Source: the human T2T-CHM13v2.0 reference genome, Homo sapiens
Length of the DNA: 64,000 nt
NCBI RefSeq assembly: GCF_009914755.1
Contig: NC_060944.1
Strand: one strand, 5' to 3'
A program made the translations under genes and the position numbers. This document shows positions 24,874-41,088 of the stretch, one piece after another. The stretch's first letter is position 1. Each line of letters starts with the position of its first letter. Under the pieces are notes generated by a model, which was not told the DNA's origin, made no database searches, and was given only the letters and a program-made list of their open reading frames with translations.

Positions 24874-27110
24874 ACCTAACAGGCCTTCTGAGTGCAGCTG
24901 CTGCTGGTATCCCAAGTACCAGTACATGGGTAGCTCCCAACTCATGCACCTGCGACGTGCCCAGATTGGCTAGTGGCTTTCTCCGTGTAATTGGAGCTCC
25001 TCCAGCAGAGCAGGTACACCCCTGTGGTGTGGGAAAGGTCAAGTCTGAGAGTCACACTCCTTCTTCAGGAGGGAGGCAGGTGAATGTCCCAGTCTCCCAG
25101 CCTCTGGGCATCCAATTCAGAGGTGCATGTCACATGGTTCTCAGAGCTCCCCAGCAGAATAAACACCCCCGGCCCCAGTGTGACCCATTGATAACAGACA
25201 CCTTGCGTTTCCCCTTCTCTGTCTCCCTTTCTCACATGTGTCCCCTGGGATCACCTCCAAATAAACTACCTGCACCCACCAGTCTGTGTTTCAGGGTCAG
25301 CCTGGGGGGACCCAACACAAGACCTGTGGTGCGTTTGGACCATCGTCTTGGGACTTGTCCTCCATAGATGTGCTGGGAGGGTGGCCCCTCGATCATAGGC
25401 GTTCAGGCAAAGCAGAGGGGAGAGCCAGGCCTGGAGACCTCCCTGCGGCCTGCCAGCACTGAGGTAGGCACAGCTGCTGCACTTTGTCCCATCTGGCCTC
25501 TGGAACCCACACAGCCCTGCCGTGCCTTGCTCCAGACTTGAGCAGATTTTCCTCTGAGACCCTCCCACCACCTCCCCTGTCTGCTCCCACCCTTGGTCCT
25601 TCTCTTGACCCTGACTCCATCAGCAGAAGGAAGCTCAGAGGAGGTGCTTTGTCCACAGTGACTCCAACAAGTGTCTTCCAAACAATCCACCCCACTCATT
25701 CCATTCAAGAACTATTTCTGAGGCAGCTCCCAGGACAGGGTCTCATGGGGAGTGAGCCCACTGTGGGGGTTGTCCTGGCTCCCTCCCTCATGAAGAGGGA
25801 GCAGAGCCCTCCTTCATGAAGCAAGGGGAGAGGAGCCCACTCCAAGGCACTGGCCCTTGGGAGGATGCACTAATTCCTGCCTGACTCAAGTTACATGTGT
25901 GGGTCTTTTAACAGTTTTCTATACCTCCTAGAAAGGAATATTCACGAAATATAGGATTTTTCCTGGCTACAAATATATCTCCAGGGTTCAAAGCAGTGCA
26001 TGACTTGAACTGCGTGCTTGGATTTTGCATGCAGACAGGGCTAGCATTGAGGGCTCTGTTGCTTTGGAAAGATCTCTCCTCTCTCACACTTACCATCCAT
26101 TCCTACTCCTGAAGTTGGCCTCCTGGTCACTTCTCTTTCTGGAATTTTTATAGTGAAGAATCAGGGAATCGCAGCCATGAATGCTGTGTATGGTCACAAG
26201 GTGGGTCTGCAAGTAAATCCTGTGCCAGAGGCCAAGCCAGGGACATGCTGGGAACACCTAGTCAGTAGCATCCCTGGGCCTCAGCCCCAGGAAGGAAAAG
26301 GAGCATAGATTGTAGTGTAGTGTCACAAGTTTCCTCCTTCTCTGGAAATGTGAGTTCTCATCCAGGTCTGCATCCTCCATCTCCTAGTCCCTCATCCTCT
26401 GTCTCTGCCTCATTTACATGGAGATGACAATTTTTGCTTGGCTGCCTTCAAATGGCTACAGCTGAAATCAAATGAAATAGTAGAAGAGAATACTAAATAT
26501 AAATCTGTTCAAAAATGTGTTAGATATGCACTTCCTTATTCTGTACTGCAACCACTTCCTTGTCTGCTAGGGAGACATCTGGACATATTCCTCACCTTTC
26601 CCAGTGTGTCAGGGATGAAACATAGCCCTGGGGACATTATAGGACTGAACACAAAGTAACAACAATGTGGAAAACTTGGGTAGGGACTTCCACACTTCCT
26701 GTGCCTCTCTTCTCGAGACAGAGCAAAGGCAGATGAGGTGGATCCTGAGGAGGAGAAGTGGCTGTCAGTATATATTCACAGGGACCACATCCCAGCTGTC
26801 GGTGGTTCTAGCTCTGTGTCTTGTGTCTGGGTGACTTCCACCAATTCCCAGAAGAGACTAAGAATCTCTGGATAGGACTCTCGAGCCAAGATGGCCGAAT
26901 AGGAACAGCTCCGGTCTACAGCTCCCAGCGTGAGCGATGCAGAAGACGGGTGATTTCTGCATTTCCATCTGAGGTACCGGGTTCATCTCACTAGGGAGTG
27001 CCAGACAGTGGGCGCAGGCCAGTGGGTGCGCGCACCGTGCGCGAGCCGAAGCAGGGCGAGGCATCGCCTCACCTGGGAAGCGCAAGGGGTCAGGGAGTTC
27101 CCTTTCTGAG

Positions 27111-27326
27111 TCAAAGAAAGGGGTGACGGACGCACCTGGAAAATCGGGTCACTCCCACCCGAATATTGCGCTTTTCAGACCGGCTTAAAAAACGGCACAC
27201 CACGAGACTATATCCCACACCTGGCTCGGAGGGTCCTACGCCCACGGAATCTCGCTGATTGCTAGCACAGCAGTCTGAGATCAAACTGCAAGGCGGCAGC
27301 GAGGCTGGGGGAGGGGCGCCCGCCAT
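27111..27326 (-). CDS. L1 ORF0 (antisense, 71 aa), intact
   Basis: MAGAPPPASLPPCSLISDCCASNQRDSVGVGPSEPG...RFSRCVRHPFL* matches the primate L1 ORF0 as recalled. Confidence 0.8.
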   Translation of the reverse strand: MAGAPPPASLPPCSLISDCCASNQRDSVGVGPSEPGVGYSLVVCRFLSRSEKRNIRVGVTRFSRCVRHPFL

Positions 27327-27780
27327 TGCCCAGGCTTGATTAGGTAAACAAAGCAGCAGGAAGCTCGAACTGGGTGGAGCCCACCACAGCTCAAGGAGGC
27401 CTGCCTGCCTCTGTAGGCTCCACCTCTGGGGGCAGGGCACAGACAAACAAAAAGACAGCAGTAACCTCTGCAGACTTAAATGTCCCTGTCTGACAGCTTT
27501 GAAGAGAGCAGTGGTTCTCCCAGCACGCAGCTGGAGATCTGAGAACGGGCAGACTGCCTCCTCAAGTGGGTCCCTGACCCCTGACCCCCGAGCAGCCTAA
27601 CTGGGAGGCACCCCCCAGCAGGGGCACACTGACACCTCACACGGCAGGGTATTCCAACAGACCTGCAGCTGAGGGTCCTGTCTGTTAGAAGGGAAACTAA
27701 CAAACAGAAAGGACATCCACACCGAAAACCCATCTGTACATCACCATCATCAAAGACCAAAAGTAGATAAAACCACAAAG

Positions 27781-28794
27781 ATGGGGAAAAAACAGAACAG
27801 AAAAACTGGAAACTCTAAAACGCAGAGCGCCTCTCCTCCTCCAAAGGAATGCAGTTCCTCACCAGCAACGGAACAAAGCTGGATGGAGAATGATTTTGAC
27901 GAGCTGAGAGAAGGCTTCAGACGATCAAATTACTCTGAGCTACGGGAGGACATTCAAACCAAAGACAAAGAAGTTGAAAACTTTGAAAAAAATTTAGAAG
28001 AATGTATAACTAGAATAACCAATACAGAGAAGTGCTTAAAGGAGCTGATGGAGCTGAAAACCAAGGCTCGAGAACTACGTGAAGAATGCAGAAGCCTCAG
28101 GAGCCGATGCGATCAACTGGAAGAAAGGGTATCAGCAATGGAAGATGAAATGAATGAAATGAAGCGAGAAGGGAAGTTTAGAGAAAAAAGAATAAAAATA
28201 AATGAGCAAAGCCTCCAAGAAATATGGGACTATGTGAAAAGACCAAATCTACGTCTGATTGGTGTACCTGAAAGTGATGCGGAGAATGGAATCAAGTTGG
28301 AAAACACTCTGCAGGATATTATCCAGGAGATCTTCCCCAATCTAGCAAGGCAGGCCAACGTTCAGATTCAGGAAATACAGAGAACGCCACAAAGATACTC
28401 CTTGAGAAGAGCAACTCCAAGACACATAATTGTCAGATTCACCAAAGTTGAAATGAAGGAAAAAATGTTAAGGGCAACCAGAGAGAAAGGTCGGGTTACC
28501 CTCAAAGGGAAGCCCATCAGACTAACAGCGGATCTCTCAGCAGAAACCCTACAAGCCAGAAGAGAGTGGGGGCCAATATTCAACATTCTTAAAGAAAAGA
28601 ATTTTCAACCCAGAATTTCATATCCAGCCAAACTAAGCTTCATAAGTGAAGGAGAAATAAAATACTTTATAGACAAGCAAATGCTGAGAGATTTTGTCAC
28701 CACCAGGCCTGCCCTAAAAGAGCTCCTGAAGGAAGCGCTAAACATGGAAAGGAACAACCAGTACCAGCCACTGCAAAATCATGCCAAAATGTAA
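27781..28794 (+). CDS. L1 ORF1p (337 aa, open)
   Basis: MGKKQNRKTGNSK...REKG...ARREW...YPAKLS. One codon is deleted (LREGF versus the usual LREEGF). Confidence 0.93.
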   Translation: MGKKQNRKTGNSKTQSASPPPKECSSSPATEQSWMENDFDELREGFRRSNYSELREDIQTKDKEVENFEKNLEECITRITNTEKCLKELMELKTKARELREECRSLRSRCDQLEERVSAMEDEMNEMKREGKFREKRIKINEQSLQEIWDYVKRPNLRLIGVPESDAENGIKLENTLQDIIQEIFPNLARQANVQIQEIQRTPQRYSLRRATPRHIIVRFTKVEMKEKMLRATREKGRVTLKGKPIRLTADLSAETLQARREWGPIFNILKEKNFQPRISYPAKLSFISEGEIKYFIDKQMLRDFVTTRPALKELLKEALNMERNNQYQPLQNHAKM

Positions 28795-28830
28795 AGACCA
28801 TCGAGACTAGGAAGAAACTGCATCAACTAA

Positions 28831-32686
<3,856 letters not shown>

Positions 32687-33649
32687 ACAATGAGATCACA
32701 TGGACACAGGAAGGGGAATATCACAGTCGTGGGGGGAGGGGGGAGGGATAGCATTGGGAGATATACCTAATGCTAGATGATGAGTTAGTGGGTGCAGCGC
32801 ACCAGCATGGCACATGTATACATATGTAAATAACCTGCACAATGTGCATATGTACCCTAAAACTTAAAGTATAATAATAAAAAAAAAAAGAATCTCTGGA
32901 TAATAACATTAGACACATGAATGGGTAGAATCAAATAGAATTGAAGTTTTAGAATAAATAAAGGTTAAGATCAGTTTGAGGGATAACGTAAGAGCAATCT
33001 ACCTGCAGCAAGAATGGAGAGGGATCCACAGTGGGTAAGCAGGTGTGTGGCAGTGGTGGGAAGGGAGCAAGTGGGCTATGGACTTCTCAGAAAATTACTT
33101 ACTTCCTTAACTTCTGGGCCAGCCAAGGTGGAGTGAGGTTTATCAAGAACACAGGAATTTGAAAACCCAATGCTCAAAATCAATTGCAAAAGTATTAAAA
33201 CAAAAACTTTAGACAAAATAAATTTAACAGTTCTTTGCTGTTTAAACTTAACAGCAAAGAACAATTCACAAATTGGGTAGCAATCAAAAGTAAAAAGTGC
33301 TTAGACCCCTCTGCTCTAGTAACATTAGCAGCAAACTTTTGTAAGCTGAACATGGGAGCAAAATATAGAAATTAGCTGATTAGCTAGAGCTAGGCATTCG
33401 CTTTGCCTGGGCATGGTGTGGTGGGAGGCCCTAGGCGTTTGCCTCATTTGGGAATCATGTACTGGGAGATGTCTAGTTATATAAGCAATTGGCTGGTTTG
33501 ACTGTTTGTGACTGACTGAGGCTAGGTTTGTTTTTTTAGATGTCAGTTACAAGTAATGCCTCCAAGGTAAGCATCAGTTTGCTTACATAAGAGCTACAGT
33601 ACAGAGACAACCTCAAGCTAATGGCCTTCTTATTTGCTTTAACAATCAT

Positions 33650-35030
33650 GAGAGGTTGACCAAAACTTTGGGCATTAACTCTGCTCTCTGTCATGATTAT
33701 AATGGACTTAGTTGGTCTCAGTATGGTATTCATAAGACGCCAGGCTAACTGAATAATTCTTTTTGTTGTTCTTCATGTTTTTGTTACTCTAACTGGGGTG
33801 ATGTTGTTTGACAAAGAGTAGGTGGCTCCACACAAACATTTAAGTCTCAAGAGGACACAGTGCACCAAGAAGACTAATCTTACCATCAGGAGGGAAATAC
33901 TGAGGCTAAAGTATGCTCTATAACCAAGGCCACCATGACCCAAATCAATTAAAGTCAAATAAATTAAAGAATGAGCCAAAAGAAAAATGTACTTGTTTTA
34001 AACAAGTGCCTTACTAGTTGATTTCTTGCAACTGAGTTTCTCCTATACCAGACGTATTTATTTAAGTGCAGCAGACAGTGACAGCTATCTCACACCCCCC
34101 TCCCTGTTCAGCAAAGAGGTATTCCAAAGCAATACTGTGAACTAAAACAACTTTAGCAAGATAATTTGGAGGAGGCTGTGGCATTATAGCCTTTACAGTA
34201 GTCAGCTATATGTTTGCAACATATGTCTCATCACCTCATTTATATTTGTGTTAGTACACGAAAGGAGTATTCTACCACAAGATGCCAATTTAGGGGGATA
34301 TATGCCTGCTGGCAAATTCTTTGTTATTCTACAATGCAAATTAAAGGGTGTTGACCAAGGCTTAGTTTCCAGACAGTTATGGAGTAAGAGTTGTACTGTT
34401 GAAATCCGCAATGCACATTTTATTTCTCATTTATCAAAGCCTGGATTTGCTCATTCTTATGGTTGATTATTAAATCTTCTACAGATAAAAATATATCCTG
34501 GAGGGGCACAACAGATAGTTCCCTGTGGGGTGCTTTGTGTGTAAGTGGCCACCGGAAGATAAGCATGAGTATTACTCATCCAAGGCTATTTTATTGTATT
34601 ACCACATGGCTGAAGGCTACCCACAATTAGGGGATTTGGGTTATGAATGTATCTATAAACTGTTGCATAATCTTTCCCTTTGGTTTTTAAATTCAGTTTC
34701 TGGCAAGACTTCACTGTAAAATCCTCACTAGAGGTTCTGTCTACTGTTAGATTTAAACAAGAAATCTGAACATATGAGTCTTAAAGTATAATCCACATAT
34801 GCAGTTCCAACAGGCAGTCACACTAGGAATATCAGTAAAATTTGTTACAGGGTGAACTAGAGGATCTCTAAAATCATGTAAGAATTTAAGTTTAGCATGA
34901 CATCTCCAACATTCAGTTATGATTCTTGCTGAAGCTATTGATTGGGAGATCCTGATCATAGCATTATTCTGCCACTCATACACAAAAAGAATGCACAGGG
35001 AAAAGAGAGAAAGGAACAATTATTTTATGA
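33650..35030 (-). pseudogene. Retroviral env remnant (gamma-type)
   Basis: Signal-like MFLSLFSLCILFV, CxxC motif ITECWRCH, CAPPGYIFIC at ~34500, degenerate furin/fusion region HCRITKNLPAG. Multiple stops and frameshifts. Confidence 0.6.
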
Positions 35031-37459
35031 TGACATTAAGAGAAGTCTTGATTCATGATCTTGGGAAAGCTGTCTACATCTAGAATGTCATCTGCTTCTG
35101 GGGAGAAACCACACTGTGCAGTTTCACCTTAGAATCATCAATGGATGCGCAGCTACAAGAGTTTGAAGGGGACCTGTGGACCCAAGTCTCAAGGCCCTTA
35201 AGTTTTGCTGAAGTGTGGATACTGAGAAGAACTTGGTATGGTCATTTCCAGTGGGGTTTAGGCACAGTCTTTTTCTGGTGTCATTTTTAAAAGACCCAGT
35301 CTCTGGGTTCTAGATTACGAAAGGTCTGGTTGTCATTAGTTGGTAGGTCATGTAAGGCTCCTTTTACTTGATGAAAATATACTTTGAAATCATGCAGTAA
35401 AATTTATAACGCTGACTCATGTTGGAATTTATAAAATCAGGAGATACATAAGGCTCTCTTATTAGGTGCATAGGTCTTCTGGTAACAAGTTCATGAAATA
35501 TTAATTTGTGTTTTCTTGTAGGAGTGGATCTGATTGCCACCAAAACTGATAGTAATACATTTGGCCAAGAAAGTCTTGTTGATTGATTAGCTTTTCCAAT
35601 TTCAGTCTTAAAATGTTATTTGCCCTTTCTCCCTTTAAAATTAAGTATGGTAGAAATAATGGTAATGCCATTGTTCGTGTAATACCTTATTTAACTGTGT
35701 TAGTATTTCTATTGCTGGAGATTTACTCAGGAATTCCTCATAAAGGAAACACATTTTCTAAAAACGTTCTACCTAACTATTATAGTATTAGCCTTCCTGC
35801 ATGGGAAAGCTTCTATACAACCAGAGAACACATAGATTTTTGTAAGAACATGTTGATATCCCACTGAGAGTGGCAATTGAATGAAGTTCAACTGTAAGTG
35901 CTCAAATGGTCCAGCTAGTGGTGGAAATATTCCACCTGAGGTTTTTATTATTTGACAGTACTTCTTATAGAATTTAACATATCAAATAAGCCTAATTCGT
36001 TTATCATTATTTGTAAGGAGAGAAAAAAGACTGTTTTGAGATGTGACATGGGTCAGCTGGAAACTCCCAAAGTTAGTTTAAGGTCACAAGACTTAATTTA
36101 GAATTTGATTTGGGATATAAATTTTTAAAAAATTTAAAAAAATTAAAAAAAGAAGAAAAAAATAAAAAAAGCAGAAAAACAATTTGATTTGGGGAAGTGG
36201 TCAAAAATATTAAGGCTTGAATACCTGATTAAATAGGATATGAAGTCACTGTGACAAAGTGTTGTTACTCAAGATGATGATGAATAGATTTTAAAGGCAA
36301 ATACAGAAAGTTACATTGTTATAGTGAAAACCTTGCCTCTTTTAATAGAGAGGTTTTGGTTTTCTAAAGTAACTAAAGACTTGACAAAAGACAACATGAA
36401 GCATAGTAAATTGTTTTGCTAAGACACAGTCTTTGTTTCCTAGCTAGAATTCTTAAAAGGCTAAAAAGCATCTTTCACAATCTCATATTAGGGCAGTCCA
36501 ATAATTCAAGATATCCTTGTCATTTTAACATAGGAGGCCAAATTCTAGTGTTACATCAGTGTACTTTTGATATGAATAATCAAACAAATTATAAATAATT
36601 TCTTTCAAATCTTATCAAACTTTATCACACATGAAATATTTCCCAAGATTTCTTTCCACAAACCTTCTACAACTTCTTTTATATCAATTTGGTTTTGTCC
36701 TATTTGCTTTCTCTTTTCCATTGTGGAACAACCAGCCATTCTACTTTAGGTTAAAAAAATTACTTTTTTCTTAAAGAAAAACACATCCTTTATATCTCGT
36801 AGCTTCCCCTACCTAAAACTTGTCTTACTATTCTTACATGTGGAGTTGGTTCTCTTATTATTTCTAGCATTAATTACCATATGTTAGTTATAACTCTTAA
36901 CTACTATTAGCTTGAATTTGTAGTGAAAACTAGGGGGTAAGCAACAGTGAATGGCCTGTTTGTTAGTGATGATGGTGGTATTGTTTTTAGGTATTTTGGA
37001 TTCTTTTCTATTGCACCTTGCAAATGAACAATGTTGCCAAAATTAAAACTTCCCCATGTGAATGCTGTCATCCTAAATTATTCTTAGCAAGGTTAACTTG
37101 TTTGTCCAAAAATATAAAGGTTCGTGGTCCCTAATTATCGTACATAAAATTAGCCAGTATCCCAGCAAGTGGAGTCCCAGGCTCCTTTCTTTGGAGAAAT
37201 CAATTTTCAGAAAGTACCTACCTGAGGGCTCTAACTGGTCTCAGTTCTGCTATTTATTGGATTCAATCTGATTCTGAATGGAGACTGGCTAAGGAAATGT
37301 GCAAATAAAGTTGGAGAGGTCAAAATGCAAGTTTCTGGAGCTCCTATTTGAAAGGAAACTCACCCCCACTTTCCAATTGCAGCAAGAGAGCACCGTGGCT
37401 CAGTTGGTGCCTTTGCTGGGTAGTAGGTTTTCTTAGATGCAGCTGGAGTTTGCCTTAGG

Positions 37460-37477
37460 ATTCCACATCTGACACTA
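37460..37477 (-). promoter_or_regulatory. Degenerate tRNA-Leu primer-binding site
   Basis: TAGTGTCAGATGTGGAAT lies 3 nt after the 5' LTR, compared with the PBS-Leu sequence TGGTGTCAGAAGTGGGAT. Confidence 0.6.
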
Positions 37478-37726
37478 AATTGTTAAAGAAAAACTTTAAA
37501 CAAAATGAATTCAATAGAGTTTATTTGGGCAAAGAAGAATTCATGAACTGGGCAACACTCAAAACTGGAAAAGATTGAGAAAGTTTTTCTCTAGTAGCAT
37601 AAACAGCAAGGTTTCCCAGGCTGAACAAGGGAGCAAAGTCAAGAAGTTACCTGATTGGCTTAGCTAGATGTCTACCTTATTTGGGCATGATGTAATGATA
37701 GGTGTAATGATGTCAATATTTATCTG

Positions 37727-37888
37727 CAGGCACTTGTAAACTTCAGAGAGACCAGAATCCCCTGAACGGATGTTAAAACCCAAGTTTTAGCCACCCCACT
37801 TCCCAAGACACTGACCAAGTAGGTGTGAGTGGGGCCAGGAAAATTGCATTTCTAACCAGCACACAGGGAATGGTGATGTTCCTGGTCC
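37727..37888 (+). mobile_element. Truncated MER5A-like fragment inside the 5' LTR
   Basis: CAGAATCCCCTG..GTTAAAAC..GTGGGGCCAGGAAAATTGCATTTCTAAC. No 3' terminal inverted repeat. Confidence 0.6.
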
Positions 37889-39171
37889 TAGGTGTTTGCC
37901 TTATTTGGGTATCTTGTGATCAGAGGTCCCTAGTTATATAACTAACTGGCTGCCTGTTTGTGGTTGATTGATGCTAGATTTTAATTTGTAAGTCAGCCAT
38001 GAGAAATGCCTCCAAGTTAAGTTTTGGTTTGCTTATGAAAGAGCTCCAGGTACAAAAGCAACCTCATGATAATGACCTATTACTTGCTTTAATAGAGGAC
38101 ATTGTAATAATGTTTATTAAAAATTCTTAAGAAATTTTAATGAAAATATTGGGCAATAGTTTAATCTCTGAGCACATTGCCTATAAGAAAGCAATAACCA
38201 TATATACACAGCGATAAATATAAAAGAAGCATTCATCATACCACTTTTCATAATATAAAAAAGTAGAAAAATTTAAACAATTAATTATGGGAACTGACTA
38301 AATATAAGCTCCAGCTCTGAGGAGCTGCAGTGCAGAGGGCCAGGCTGTCAGGGCCAGTGCAGCCTCTCTCTTCTCCAGAGGCACCGTCCTGTTGCCTGGG
38401 GTCTAGAAACTCTCCTTTTTCTTTACAATCAGGCATAGTGTTCTGACCCCTTCCCCAATTCAGCGTGCAATGAAGAAGCCATTCTCAGCCTCATCCCAGT
38501 GCCCTTTGAGGTGAGTTACTTCTCACTTGTGGTTTGGTCTGCATGCACCCCGCAATGATGGCTTCTGAACCTGCACCATTCCAAGTGTGGTCTGGGTACC
38601 AGGAGCAGGTCCGTCCCAGGAGAGGTGGTGAGACATGCAAATTCCCTGGCCCTGCCCAGACCTAGTGGTTCAGATTCCTGGGGGATAGGGAGAATAAGAA
38701 CTTAGGTTTAGGGTATTTAGAACTTGCCTTCAGGGTATTCTAGTCCCTTTGAAGTTCACAAGTAACTACAGATAAATGCTGAAGGCATCTTCATGGAGAA
38801 GAAACTTAAGTCTTGTCCAGAAAGAGTACTTTATTTAATTTTTAGCTGGAGGATGTGATGGTTTCTTTCTCGAGGCCAGACTGTGGACCATAGGGGTATA
38901 TCCTGCTGGGAGGCAAATGCAGAAATTCAACCCTGAATTGGGTGCCCTGAGGCTGGGGAGACTGAGACATATACCTGCTCACTTCCAGTGACAGAATGTG
39001 ACCCTCAGATGTGACCTTTCCCACACCTGCAGGGTGCACCTGCTCTGCTGATGGAGCTCATTTGCACAGATCAACCCCTGAGTGAAGCTGGGGGAGATAC
39101 AGGTGCCTGGCGTGGGAGCTGGTAGCATGGTGTGTCTCAGGGGCACCAGGGTCCAGAGGAGCTCTTAGCAT

Positions 39172-39390
39172 CAGAGACTGGTAACTATGGCCTGAGGCCC
39201 AAGCAGCTCACTGCCTGTTTGTGTAAATAAACACTTATTGGAACACAACCACTCTTACATGTTTGCACATTGGCTATTGCTCCTTTCAAGATACGACAGC
39301 AATTCTGAGTAGCTGAGAGAGACCATCTGCCCACAAAGGCCAGAATAGTTACTCTCTGGTTTCTTCAGAAAATTTTTTTGCCAAACCCTG
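39172..39390 (+). mobile_element. MER58A-like DNA transposon
   Basis: CTGCCTGTTTGTGTAAATAAA..TTATTGGAACAC core, ending in CCCTG. Confidence 0.7.
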
Positions 39391-40005
39391 GTTTAGGTGA
39401 TTTGGGCAATGTCTTGGTAGCATCTAGTCTGCCCGTGCCTCTCACACTGCATCCCCTGGGGGTGTGCATTCCTGCAAATCCTGCATTTTCAGGGGATTTC
39501 TGCATCCCTGGGGATTTGTAAGAGCGCAGATGCATTTTCCAAAGGTCAGAGGCCCTGAAGTTGGACATTTCTAAGATTCTTTCAGAAGATGCTGCTGCTC
39601 CAGATGCCAGGACAGCTTTATAAGGGTGAGGCTAGAAGTCCTTCCTCTTCCCACCAACCTTCCACGAACCAGGAAAGGTGTGTGAGCCACCCCTTGAGAA
39701 CAGAGGCCACATGTGCTGAGTGGGACCCAGAGGCCCTGTCTTGCTCAGTTGTGCACATTGGGTGTCCTGCAAGATCACAGACATTTTACCTCTGGCCACA
39801 TGGGTCATCATCAGCCAGGAGCATGGAGACAGCAGCTCAGACTTATCTTGGTTGTGCCACCTGGAAGCTGGCTTATGAGGTCTTAAGGGAGGGAGGACCC
39901 CACTGACACAGATGCAAATAGGCTGCCCTTCTGAGAGGAACTCCATCAACTGCTCAGCCCCCTCCCTCCAGAACATGGCACAGGAAGCTTCTGCAAATGC
40001 TGATG

Positions 40006-40011
40006 TTTAAT
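40006..40011 (-). terminator. Poly(A) signal ATTAAA of CST9
   Basis: Paralogous position and context to the CST9L signal. Confidence 0.7.
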
Positions 40012-40203
40012 GACCTATTCTACTTGAGGAACCTGGACAATGAGGATTTTCTAAAATGCCAAGTCATAAAACCTCAGACACTTGCAAAATAAGAGAACAA
40101 ATATGCACGGAGCTGCTCAGCCACTGATATGTCAACTCCTGGGAACAGCTGGTGTCCACGGGGGAGGGGGCAGCATGTGGCCAGGCATGTGAGTGGCTTC
40201 CAC

Positions 40204-40293
40204 TCAGGAGAGCCCCTCTGAGCAGGTCTTGTTCAGGAGTTCAAAATATGTCTTCCAGGGCATGGTTTCAACAGTGAAGAAGCAGCTGAAGGT
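40204..40293 (-). other. CST9: Orphaned ancestral exon 3 of CST9 (open frame, acceptor GG)
   Basis: TFSCFFTVETMPWKTYFELLNKTCSEGLS*, 90 nt like the paralogs, preceded by ttccctcGG rather than AG. Confidence 0.88.
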
Positions 40294-41088
40294 CCGAGGG
40301 AACAAACAGGAAGAGACAGTAGGGCGGGGTTTGGGGAGGTTCGGGAATCTTGTGGCATCTGCCCTCAACACAGGTTCCATCTCCACCTTGCCCATTCCTG
40401 GGGCCAGCAATTGTGCCACGTGGCTCTGGCCTTCAGGTCTAGCCTGAGCCTGAGGCCAATCCTGAACTACAACGTGATTTGAGGCTCCCTCCCTCCTTAG
40501 CCAGGGTCACTTGTGCCATGCCTCCTCCTCCAGCCCGTGCCCCTCAGGGGAACCCCAGGCTGTCCTGGTGTGATCCCTGCATCCAAGAGCAGCAGGAGAA
40601 TGTTTTGTCCCAGTGGAAGCAGTTCCCAGACTTAGGCAATTAGTTACCTATTTGTTAATCTTACAATAAGGGGGTTGACTAAGAATGGGAAGTTTTCCCA
40701 GAGCCAGGCTTTGCTTGGAGCTCGTCCCCTAGAGCAGGTGCTGCAGCTCAGCAGGGCCTAGGAGCGAGGGCAGTGGGGCTTCTTCTCAGCCTCCACCACT
40801 TTTGGGTCTAGGGCAGGGTAGGGAAACCCTGAGAAAAGTACCCACAGACATTGTCACCATTGTCTCCAGGCTCTTTCTCTAGAAGGCAGGGAAGAAGTGG
40901 GGAGGAAGACCAGAGAGAAGGTTCTGAAGGCCATGTGGCCCAGGTGCAGGCAGCTGCAATGGTGTCAGAGGGCAGAATCAGGAAACTCAGATTGGCCAGG
41001 GGCCTGAAAGTGAACCCCTGGGCTTAATGCCTCACTGGGCTTCCCACTAAGGCACAAACAGGGCAGCCTGGTACAGCCTGCTGTGGGC

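Larger units (their letters stand above)
33193..38094 (-). mobile_element. Decayed ERV1 (MER4-group-like) provirus with two LTRs
   Basis: Direct-repeat LTRs at 33193-33644 and 37481-38094. PBS-like sequence next to the right LTR. Integrase remnant (WK*PYQVLL at ~35230) and env remnants. Confidence 0.8.

Noticed and set aside
24807-25819. ORFs of 100-186 aa
   Set aside because: Overlap MER58/LTR-like and GC-rich sequence, mostly non-ATG starts, no recognisable domains.
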